DNA of 36,916 nucleotides from the NCBI GenBank assembly GCA_041736305.1, contig JBGSTX010000222.1, positions 1 to 36,916 of the forward strand, written 5' to 3'. The translations under genes and the position numbers were made by a program. Shown piece after piece: positions 9,777 to 17,567 of the stretch. Position 1 is the first letter of the stretch. Every line of letters starts with the position of its first letter. The DNA comes from Oligoflexus sp. (GTDB lineage Bacteria > Bdellovibrionota_B > Oligoflexia > Oligoflexales > Oligoflexaceae). The notes beneath the pieces were generated by a model. That model saw nothing but the letters and a program-made list of their open reading frames with translations. It did no database searches and was not told where the DNA came from.

Positions 9777-10382
9777 ATGAAATACACTATTCTCAACGGC
9801 AGTTCTCGCCAGCAATCTCAAAGCGGCCGCGTCGCCCGCTATATTCAGGCGGAGCTCGCCTCGCAAGTCCAGAATGAAACCTATCTCTGTGACCTAGTGA
9901 ACAATCCTCTGCCTCTGTGGGATGAGAGCATCTGGTCTGAGGGTGAAGTATGGACGCGCCTCTGGAACCCCATTAAGGCCGAGCTGCAAAGCTCAGATGC
10001 TTTCATTTTTGTGGTTCCTGAGTGGGGAGGGATGGTACCTCCCGCCGTAAAGAATTTTTTCATGCTCTGTACTGCACGTGAACTCGGCCATAAACCTGGC
10101 CTTATTGTCGCGATAAGTTCTTCCCGCAATGGCGTCTACCCTGTGGCAGAGCTTCGTGTCTCTTCCTTCAAGAACAACCGTCTCTGCTACATTCCCGAGC
10201 ATCTCATTGTCCGTGAAGTGGAAAGTATGTTCCAGGCTGGCAGCTCACACAGCGAAGATGACGCATATATCCGTCTGCGTCTCAGCTACTGTCTCCGTCT
10301 TCTCGAACAATATGGCTTAGCTTTGAAGCAGGTGAGGGCTAGTCAGCTTATCGATCATAAGTCTTTCCCTAGCGGTATGTAA
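9777..10382 (+). CDS. NADPH-dependent FMN reductase (flavodoxin-like fold)
   Basis: ILNGSSRQQSQS phosphate loop, DAFIFVVPEWGGMVPPAVKNFF, KPGLIV. Confidence 0.88.
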   Translation: MKYTILNGSSRQQSQSGRVARYIQAELASQVQNETYLCDLVNNPLPLWDESIWSEGEVWTRLWNPIKAELQSSDAFIFVVPEWGGMVPPAVKNFFMLCTARELGHKPGLIVAISSSRNGVYPVAELRVSSFKNNRLCYIPEHLIVREVESMFQAGSSHSEDDAYIRLRLSYCLRLLEQYGLALKQVRASQLIDHKSFPSGM

Positions 10383-10569
10383 GAAAGGCGAGCTTCTGGA
10401 TTTTCCCTTTTGACGAGGCTTAATAAAATAGGCTATAGCCTTAGCTTGCTTAGGTCTCAAGTTTAAGGCTCTTTTCCAGAAGTGTTCTTCTCTCTCCAGC
10501 TTGAGGTCTCAAGCAGCGTGCGGCCCCCAGCGGACTTCCAAACTCTCTCAGTGTCGAGGTAATCGATTC

Positions 10570-12138
10570 ATGCTTGATGTTCTCAGCGACGGCTTTCGCG
10601 AAGCCAAACTGAAATTGAGGGGCAAGGCCACTCTCAACGAATCCAATGTCAAAGAAGCTATCGACCTGATACGCAGAAGTCTTCTCGAGGCCGATGTCGA
10701 GTACGGCGTGACCAAGAATTTTCTGCAAAGAGTGCAGGAAAAAGCCTTGGGTCAGGAAGTGCAGCTCCGCGCTGGCAAGGGTGCACAGCGGATGAACGTT
10801 TCACCTGCTGATCACTTCGTGCAAATCTGTCAGGAAGAACTTGAATCCCTGATGGGTCCCGTCGATGCCGAGTTGACCTTCGCTACCAATCGCCCGACGA
10901 CCATCATGATGGTTGGTCTGCAAGGTAGCGGTAAAACGACTACCACCGGGAAGCTGGCTCGCTATCTCACCACCAAACTCAAGAAGAAGCCACTCTTAGT
11001 CGCTGCCGATATCTATCGTCCCGCCGCTGTTCAGCAGCTGCAAGTACTCGGCGAACGAGTTGGTGTACCGGTTTTTCATGTAGCGCAGGCTAATCCGGTC
11101 ACTATCTGTAAAGAAGCGATCAAGAAAGCTTATGAGCTAGGTTGCGATGTCATCGTTTTCGATACTGCAGGTCGATTGACTATAGATGAAGCTCTGATGC
11201 AGGAATTGGTCGACATTCAAAAAGAGACCAAACCTGACAACGTCCTCCTCGTCTGTGATTCGATGATGGGTCAGGATGCTGTGACCACAGCGCGATCCTT
11301 CGATGAGCATCTGAACCTCTCAGGGGTCATCATTACCAAACTCGACGGTGACGCGCGTGGCGGTGCTGCTCTCAGCATCAAAGAAGTCACTGGCAAGCCG
11401 ATCAAGTTCTTGGGTATGGGTGAAGACCTGGAACGGCTCGAAGAGTTCCGTCCTGAAGGTTTAGCGAGTCGCATTCTAGGACTCGGTGACATCGTCGGAC
11501 TGATGGAAGACTTTCAGAAAGTCTCGACTGACGATCAGGAAGAACAGGCGCTTAAACTTCTGCAAGGCCAATTCAGCTATATGGATTTCTATAAACAGAT
11601 AGAAATGATCCAGAAGATGGGTTCGCTCAAGGACATTATCGCCAAGCTGCCTATGCAGGATATGATTCCCAAGGGCGCTAATATTGATGACAAAGAGCTG
11701 ACCAAAGTGAAGGCGATGATCGACTCGATGACCAAGCGCGAGCGTATCGGTCTCGATAATCTCGATCAAAGTCGTATGACCCGCGTCGCCCGTGGAGCCG
11801 GCCGTCCTATCAAAGAAGTGCAGGAGCTACACAAGCGCTTCCTAGGCATGCGGAAAATGATGGGAAGCTTCGGCAAGAACCTCGGCGGGATGATGGGAAA
11901 AATTCCTGGCATGAATCAGCTGAGCCAGCTCAATCAGCTCAGGAAAATGGGTCAGGCGGGTGGCCCTGGTGGAATGGGAATGCCTGGGATGGGTGGAATG
12001 GGAATGCCGGACGAGCTGAGCTCGATGTTCGGCGGCGGCGACTTTGGTGCAGCCGCTCCCAAGAAGCCGATGGACCGTGAAAAGCAAAAGAAAATGAGAA
12101 AAGACGCCAAAAAGGCTCGAAAGAAGAATAGGAAGTAA
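10570..12138 (+). CDS. ffh: Signal recognition particle protein Ffh
   Basis: LLEADV, GLQGSGKTTT, DIYRPAA, DTAGR, TKLDGDARGGAALS and a Met-rich M domain. Start moved to ATG 10570 (MLDVLSDGF). Confidence 0.97.
   Translation: MLDVLSDGFREAKLKLRGKATLNESNVKEAIDLIRRSLLEADVEYGVTKNFLQRVQEKALGQEVQLRAGKGAQRMNVSPADHFVQICQEELESLMGPVDAELTFATNRPTTIMMVGLQGSGKTTTTGKLARYLTTKLKKKPLLVAADIYRPAAVQQLQVLGERVGVPVFHVAQANPVTICKEAIKKAYELGCDVIVFDTAGRLTIDEALMQELVDIQKETKPDNVLLVCDSMMGQDAVTTARSFDEHLNLSGVIITKLDGDARGGAALSIKEVTGKPIKFLGMGEDLERLEEFRPEGLASRILGLGDIVGLMEDFQKVSTDDQEEQALKLLQGQFSYMDFYKQIEMIQKMGSLKDIIAKLPMQDMIPKGANIDDKELTKVKAMIDSMTKRERIGLDNLDQSRMTRVARGAGRPIKEVQELHKRFLGMRKMMGSFGKNLGGMMGKIPGMNQLSQLNQLRKMGQAGGPGGMGMPGMGGMGMPDELSSMFGGGDFGAAAPKKPMDREKQKKMRKDAKKARKKNRK
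11968..12008 (+). repeat. 17-bp direct repeat encoding the GGMGMP tail of Ffh
   Basis: GGTGGAATGGGAATGCC at 11968-11984 and 11992-12008. Confidence 0.8.
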
Positions 12139-12144
12139 AGACTG

Positions 12145-13572
12145 ATGGATGCGAGCTTAGAGCCAAGAGTAGAAACTAAAGTTCCCAAGAAAGTTTTTAT
12201 CGAAACTTGGGGCTGTCAGATGAACGTTGCCGACAGCGAAGAAATGCTCGGCATGCTCGAAGCTCACAACTATCAGGCGACCTCTGATGCCAGCGAAGCC
12301 GACCTGGTACTGCTCAACACTTGCCACATTCGAGAGAAGGCAACGCACAAGGTCTTAACCCGACTTGGCACTTTGCGTCCTCTGGTGGAAAAAAAGCCGA
12401 GCATGAAGATAGCGGTCACCGGCTGCGTGGCCCAAGCTGAGGGCGCCAAGCTCCTGCAAAAAGCTGATAACATCGATATTCTGCTCGGTCCCGGTAAGAT
12501 CGCCGAGCTGACTTCTCTCCTCGATGCTCACGAGCAGGGTAAAAACCCCGTGATGGCTCTTGGATTCGATCGACATAAGGATGAGGGTGAAGCTCTACTC
12601 CTCACACCTCGCGCCTTGACGCCAGGAGAGCTGCCGAAGGTTAAACCTACTGTCAGTGGCAAATCCGAAATCACCCGCTACGTGAACATCGCGCAAGGTT
12701 GCGATAATTTTTGTACCTTCTGTGTTGTGCCCTTTACCCGTGGGCGAGAGCTGTCGAGATCTCCAGCCGATATTCTCGATGAAGTTGCGGCGATGATAGC
12801 CGATGGTTGCAAAGAGATCACCCTCCTGGGACAAAACGTCAACAGCTATGGTCACGACTTGCTTACTAAGGGCCGACTCTCGGCATCAGAAGCGGGACCC
12901 TTCGCCGACCTTCTCGAAGCAACTCTCGCGCTTCCAGGCCTCGAGCGGCTGCGCTTTACCACCTCCAATCCTCACGACTTCACACGACCGCTAGCCGAAC
13001 TCTTCCGCCGGCATCCGCAGCTGGGACGATACATTCATCTGCCGGTTCAGGCGGGCAATGATGAAGTTCTGGAGCGTATGAAGCGCAAGGTTACAGTTGC
13101 GGAGTACATGGAACGCGTGCAGTGGTTGCGCGAAATCGATCCGACCATGGCTCTGTCGACCGATATTATCGTCGGCTTTCCGGGTGAAACCGAAGAGCAG
13201 TTCGAGGACACCCTGAAGCTTATGGCGGAAGTCCGCTACTCCTTCGTCTTTGCTTTTAAATATTCGTCTCGCAAAGGTACGGCTGCGGCTCGCTTCCGCG
13301 ATCAGATCCCCGAAGAGGTTAAAACCGCTCGACTAGCGCGGCTCAATGCTCTGCAGGATAGGATCACGCTCGAAGGTAACAGTGCCGAGATTGGGCAGAC
13401 CCGTCAGGTGCTTTGCCACTACGAGAGCCGTAAGACTCCAGGACACTACTACGCCCGTACCGAACATTTCCGCCTGGTGCGGATAGCTGCCCCTCGGAAC
13501 ATAGTCGGTGAGCTCTGTACTGTGAAAATCACGGACGCAAACAAGACCGCATTGATTGGCGAGCTGCTTTAA
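12145..13572 (+). CDS. miaB: tRNA-2-methylthio-N6-dimethylallyladenosine synthase (radical SAM methylthiotransferase)
   Basis: TWGCQMN..DSE, NTCHIREKA, GCVAQ, radical SAM CDNFCTFC, STDIIVGFPGET, C-terminal TRAM domain. Confidence 0.95.
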   Translation: MDASLEPRVETKVPKKVFIETWGCQMNVADSEEMLGMLEAHNYQATSDASEADLVLLNTCHIREKATHKVLTRLGTLRPLVEKKPSMKIAVTGCVAQAEGAKLLQKADNIDILLGPGKIAELTSLLDAHEQGKNPVMALGFDRHKDEGEALLLTPRALTPGELPKVKPTVSGKSEITRYVNIAQGCDNFCTFCVVPFTRGRELSRSPADILDEVAAMIADGCKEITLLGQNVNSYGHDLLTKGRLSASEAGPFADLLEATLALPGLERLRFTTSNPHDFTRPLAELFRRHPQLGRYIHLPVQAGNDEVLERMKRKVTVAEYMERVQWLREIDPTMALSTDIIVGFPGETEEQFEDTLKLMAEVRYSFVFAFKYSSRKGTAAARFRDQIPEEVKTARLARLNALQDRITLEGNSAEIGQTRQVLCHYESRKTPGHYYARTEHFRLVRIAAPRNIVGELCTVKITDANKTALIGELL

Positions 13573-13584
13573 TTACTATCGCCC

Positions 13585-13713
13585 TCATTCTTCATAGCGA
13601 ACGGGCAAGCTTCCGCTCGCTATGTCTCGTGAGAGAAGATGCGATACGTAGGCATAAGCTACGATGCTCAGAAGAAAAAGAGCACCAGACACGATATAGA
13701 GTTGGTTATACAT
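13585..13713 (-). CDS. Small (42 aa) single-TM membrane protein
   Basis: GAGG RBS 4 nt before ATG 13713; MYNQLYIVSGALFLLSIVAYAYVSHLLSRD...; lies directly downstream of the DUF1573-like gene. Confidence 0.55.
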   Translation of the reverse strand: MYNQLYIVSGALFLLSIVAYAYVSHLLSRDIASGSLPVRYEE

Positions 13714-13741
13714 AGGTCCTCGTCTCGTTTTTTGCGCGGCA

Positions 13742-14461
13742 CTAGAGCCGCTGGGTGTTGAGCGCACTCACGACGGGGATCTTGAGGACCTTTAGCTCAG
13801 AATTGGTGGTCACCTCTATGCTTTCAAACCAAGGTTTGCTCGGCACGGGCCCTTTCCAAGTGATACGGAGTTCCCAGGCATCCTCGACCGGTCGATAGCT
13901 CACATCGAAAGTATCCTTATTGTAGTCAACTTTCTCAATATGCAAACTTTGCTTAGATGCTCCCCTGATGAGGACAGTTGCGCTTCTTGAGCCGGCCTTT
14001 TTGCTCGCGAGGTTCATCTCGACCAGTGTCGGATGCCAGCTGAGAGTCCGAGCCACCTGAGCCTTGAGTCGCAGCACGATCGCGCTACCTTCCTGCTGGT
14101 TGGTGAGGATAGTGATGCTTTTGTTGAAGGGGCCGCTAAAGGCACTTGTGTCAACTTTGACGGAAAGCGTGCCTATATATCCTGCCTTGAGTACCTGCCC
14201 TGCTTTCAAAGATTGGCTGATGCAGCCACAGTCCTGATGTATCCCAAGAATAGTAACGTCGCCATCGCTGCTGATGCGAAATGGAAACTCAAAGTGGAGT
14301 TCATCGCCCTGAGCGACCCGACCTCGATCGAGCTGTTTCTGCTCCATTTCAAGACGGCCGATGGGAAAACCGAGCGCAGAAACGAGATTTTCCTCAATGC
14401 TTTCTGCCTTTAGCGACTGCGCACTGAAGAAGAGCATAATACCGACCAAGACTCGCTTCAT
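13742..14461 (-). CDS. Secreted DUF1573-like Ig-fold protein
   Basis: Signal peptide; FEFPF...ILGIHQDCGC...L..G..G.L.V.VDT..F.GPFNKSITI.TN pattern typical of DUF1573; GGAG RBS. Confidence 0.75.
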   Translation of the reverse strand: MKRVLVGIMLFFSAQSLKAESIEENLVSALGFPIGRLEMEQKQLDRGRVAQGDELHFEFPFRISSDGDVTILGIHQDCGCISQSLKAGQVLKAGYIGTLSVKVDTSAFSGPFNKSITILTNQQEGSAIVLRLKAQVARTLSWHPTLVEMNLASKKAGSRSATVLIRGASKQSLHIEKVDYNKDTFDVSYRPVEDAWELRITWKGPVPSKPWFESIEVTTNSELKVLKIPVVSALNTQRL

Positions 14462-14598
14462 AGTTAAGCTCCAACGAGAAAAAGATCCGACTGAGATCTC
14501 GTCTGCGTTTCGGCAGAAGCGGCTGCGACTTGCTAGGTAAAATTTGCACTCGAGACCTCCTCCGGCTGACCGATAGAGCCAGTCAGGGAGGTTTTGAG

Positions 14599-14979
14599 AT
14601 GGAAGGCTGGCTTGAATTTATTGAACAGGACCTGCTGGTCATCTTCAGTGGGCTCGAAGGACGCGACCTGGCTATTCCGGTTTGCAGTCTGGCGATGCTG
14701 ATGCTGCTGCTAGTTCCCTTGAAAAGCATCGACAGGCAGGATGTCATCTGCGGAATGATCTACGTGGTTTACTGCGTAGCGGCCGGAACAATATTTTTCT
14801 TTGCGATTCCAGGCGTGCAGGACGGCCTCACCGCGATCGGTTTGCATCTAGCTTTTACCTGTCTGCTAGGAGCTGTGGCTGCCTATCGCTGGTTCCACAG
14901 CACCAATGATTTTGTAATTAATCAGCGCGAGGACTCTGCAAGTCCCAAAGCTCAGGAGCCTTTACATGAGAAAAAATGA
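14599..14979 (+). CDS. Hypothetical membrane protein (about 3 TM)
   Basis: GGGAGG RBS before ATG 14599; three hydrophobic segments. Confidence 0.6.
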   Translation: MEGWLEFIEQDLLVIFSGLEGRDLAIPVCSLAMLMLLLVPLKSIDRQDVICGMIYVVYCVAAGTIFFFAIPGVQDGLTAIGLHLAFTCLLGAVAAYRWFHSTNDFVINQREDSASPKAQEPLHEKK

Positions 14980-15226
14980 TCATGATACCCGTCTTCTCAT
15001 CTATCGAAGCCGTCAGATCTCGCTCGCTTTTCTGGTAATTGCCGCCTTGATTACCTTCGCCGTCATCATCGTTCAGGCCCAAGTGAATGGGCTTGTATGG
15101 TGGCACCTCGTGCTGCCGCTCAGCGCTCTGGGCAGCGCTTTTTGCTTAGTTCCTAAAACTGAAGAATGGGAATATAAGCCTTGGCAAGGCAAGCCGCGTA
15201 AGGTTGAACAGAATTTTGATCGCTGA
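14966..15226 (+). CDS. Small hypothetical membrane protein (2 TM)
   Basis: AGGAG RBS; overlaps the previous gene; two hydrophobic segments, then EEWEYKPWQ. Confidence 0.6.
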   Translation: MRKNDHDTRLLIYRSRQISLAFLVIAALITFAVIIVQAQVNGLVWWHLVLPLSALGSAFCLVPKTEEWEYKPWQGKPRKVEQNFDR

Positions 15227-15235
15227 GCCTCGGGC

Positions 15236-15961
15236 TCAAATTCCTTTGAGCATAACTTTATCTTGCCAGAGGAATTTGCCTGCATCGGGGGCGTCGAGCG
15301 GTTCTGCACTTATATGGATTTCAGCCTCATGGCCCAAAGCGCCGCGAAAATCGACCAGATCGCCCTTGTTTTCCAGCCATTCGCCATCTGCTCCCAGTGG
15401 AGCATTCTGCAATATCCAAACGCGCTCAGCAGCTTTTTCGATACTCACATTTACATAGAGCTTTGCAGGTGAAGCCGTGCCGATTGCGGACGCTCCGGGA
15501 AGCACACAGGCGATTTTCATATAAGCGGGGAGCTGGGGATTTAGTAAAAGCGCGCCTTCGTTGTTGAGCTGGGGCGTGCTGCGATCGCTTTGAATCCACG
15601 AAACTTCACAGTTCAGCTCGGCATAGCCTACGCCCTTACTGACCATATTTCGATCTTCTTGGATCTGCAGCTTAGGAGGCTGAATAATAAACAGGGTCGC
15701 TGCTGCCGCCAAAAACGCCAGACCACCCTGATACATACGTCGATTCGCGAGACGCCGTGGTGTGCGTTGAAAGCGATCAAAAATAAAACTTGGTACGGCC
15801 CCATTCTGCTGTAGCAGCGCCTGAAGAGAGCTAGAAACCTGGACCTCGGCTTCATCCAATTCTTCTTCAGTTAGGCCATCCACCTTGGCTTCGGCTTCTC
15901 GCAGGAGCACCTTCAAACGGTCCCCTTCGGTCTCGCTTATCCTGTAAGTCTTTGTCATCAT
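15236..15961 (-). CDS. Single-pass membrane protein, putative anti-sigma factor (paralogue B)
   Basis: AAGGAG RBS; charged helical N-terminus, TM GGLAFLAAAATLFII, MVSKG, then a beta-rich domain with two Cys. Adjacent to the ECF sigma gene. Confidence 0.65.
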   Translation of the reverse strand: MMTKTYRISETEGDRLKVLLREAEAKVDGLTEEELDEAEVQVSSSLQALLQQNGAVPSFIFDRFQRTPRRLANRRMYQGGLAFLAAAATLFIIQPPKLQIQEDRNMVSKGVGYAELNCEVSWIQSDRSTPQLNNEGALLLNPQLPAYMKIACVLPGASAIGTASPAKLYVNVSIEKAAERVWILQNAPLGADGEWLENKGDLVDFRGALGHEAEIHISAEPLDAPDAGKFLWQDKVMLKGI

Positions 15962-16071
15962 GACGAAACTCCTTAAACCAGGAAGGCTGCAACCCCATGG
16001 CGACAGCGCTATCTTCTCGGTTTAAGGATGAGGTGTAGGCCAGAAATATTGCAGTAGGCACCCATTTTGGA

Positions 16072-16650
16072 TCAAGTAATTTCGATGCCTTTTTCTTCAA
16101 CCAACCGAACCATGGCCTGACTGACAATCAGTCGAAACCGTCGTAGATGAGAAAGGACGGTATTCTGGTTCATATTGAGTGCGTCTGAAATTTCCTTAAT
16201 GGATTTTTCTTCGAGATAAAAAAGCTTAGCTACTGTTGCTCGCGGCTCACCCTCATGCACTTCGATCAGCTGACGGAGTAGCACCAGAGAATGCTCGAAC
16301 TGCAGGCTCGCAAAATCATCTTCGGCTACGAGTATGACTTCGCGATCAGCACCGTCCTCATCGTCACCCGCGCTATCGGTCGCTGCAACGCTCACGCTGC
16401 GCTTGGTCTTACGGATCTCATTGAGACAGCGATTGCGGGCGATCGTCATCAGCCACCCGCTGAATGCGGCCTGTTCTTTCAGGCTGCCTATGTTCTGCCA
16501 GGCCTGCACAAAAATATCTTGAATCAAGTCGTCAGCGCCAGCGTCGTAGAACCTATAGCGAGTCACGACAGCTCGGACCGCCTGGTAGTGGCGCCGATAG
16601 AGAGTTTCAAAATCCAAAGGTAGGCTCTCTTTCTTCACCTGCTTGATCAA
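16072..16650 (-). CDS. ECF-family RNA polymerase sigma-70 factor
   Basis: Region 2: ADDLIQDIFVQAW...FSGWLMTIARNRCLNEIRK. Region 4: LFYLEEKSIKEISDALNMNQNTVLSHLRR. Likely TTG start at 16650 overlaps the upstream TGA (TTGA). Confidence 0.92.
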   Translation of the reverse strand: MIKQVKKESLPLDFETLYRRHYQAVRAVVTRYRFYDAGADDLIQDIFVQAWQNIGSLKEQAAFSGWLMTIARNRCLNEIRKTKRSVSVAATDSAGDDEDGADREVILVAEDDFASLQFEHSLVLLRQLIEVHEGEPRATVAKLFYLEEKSIKEISDALNMNQNTVLSHLRRFRLIVSQAMVRLVEEKGIEIT

Positions 16651-17510
16651 CTGTTTGTCCCCTTTACTGCGATACTGTCGAACCAAAGCACAGGCGATTT
16701 TCCTAGGATTATTTCGGCTTCAGATTCAGTTCGCGGCAAGGCGGTTTCTGAAGAAATTTCTCGTTCGCTTAGTAGACCACTAATCACCCATGGCGATTGA
16801 TATTGCAAGACGAAACTAGCAAGCTTCCCCTCGTGTAAGATTCCTTTAGCATCTCCTGCTGTCACCGGAATATTTCTTAAACTCAGCGGCTGCGGACCTT
16901 CGATCGAAACATTTAGAAAACCCGACCGGTCACAGCGAACACTCAGCTGAAATGCAGTCCCAGTAGGGCCTTCGTAACCCATCCCATCGACTGATGGAAC
17001 GATCGTACCACCACCTTTGACGGTTTGCAGAAGAGAAATTTCACAACGTGCTGGCAGCGATGAGCTATTTCCTTTACTCACCATGAGCAATTCATCATCG
17101 CTTGCTACCTGCTGAGGTTTTTGCAAAGCGGGAATGATAACGAACAAGGCGAGCGCGGCTGCAGCCATCGCCCCAGCCCAAGTCATCCAGTTTTTCGAAC
17201 TCGGTTTTTTATGTAAGGGCATAACGTTGCTTGGTGTTTGTAAGTCTTTCTGCTCATCAGCCTCGATGGGATGGACGCGCCTTTCAATGGCTTTCCATTG
17301 CCGTTGCCGATCCTCTTGATCTGGACTGAGAGTCGATCTGCCGGATTTAGCGCCAGCGATACGTTTCAGCTTCTGCTGCACGTCGCGCTCGAGCATCTCC
17401 AGCTCGGCATCCGAGATATTGGCGGCGTCGAGACGCTTCTCTTCTTCGAGCAGCAGGCTCTTTAATCGAGCCATATCTTCGTCTTTAATCGTAAATTTTT
17501 TGTCGTTCAC
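16647..17510 (-). CDS. Single-pass membrane protein, putative anti-sigma factor (paralogue A)
   Basis: Charged helical N-terminus, TM WAGAMAAAALALFVIIP, MVSKG, then a beta-rich domain with two Cys. Its stop overlaps the likely ECF sigma start. Confidence 0.65.
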   Translation of the reverse strand: MNDKKFTIKDEDMARLKSLLLEEEKRLDAANISDAELEMLERDVQQKLKRIAGAKSGRSTLSPDQEDRQRQWKAIERRVHPIEADEQKDLQTPSNVMPLHKKPSSKNWMTWAGAMAAAALALFVIIPALQKPQQVASDDELLMVSKGNSSSLPARCEISLLQTVKGGGTIVPSVDGMGYEGPTGTAFQLSVRCDRSGFLNVSIEGPQPLSLRNIPVTAGDAKGILHEGKLASFVLQYQSPWVISGLLSEREISSETALPRTESEAEIILGKSPVLWFDSIAVKGTNS

Positions 17511-17567
17511 GTTGATCCCATCTTCTCGTAGGGTCGCTGTTGACCGGAAAGTGTTGACCGTCTCTTT

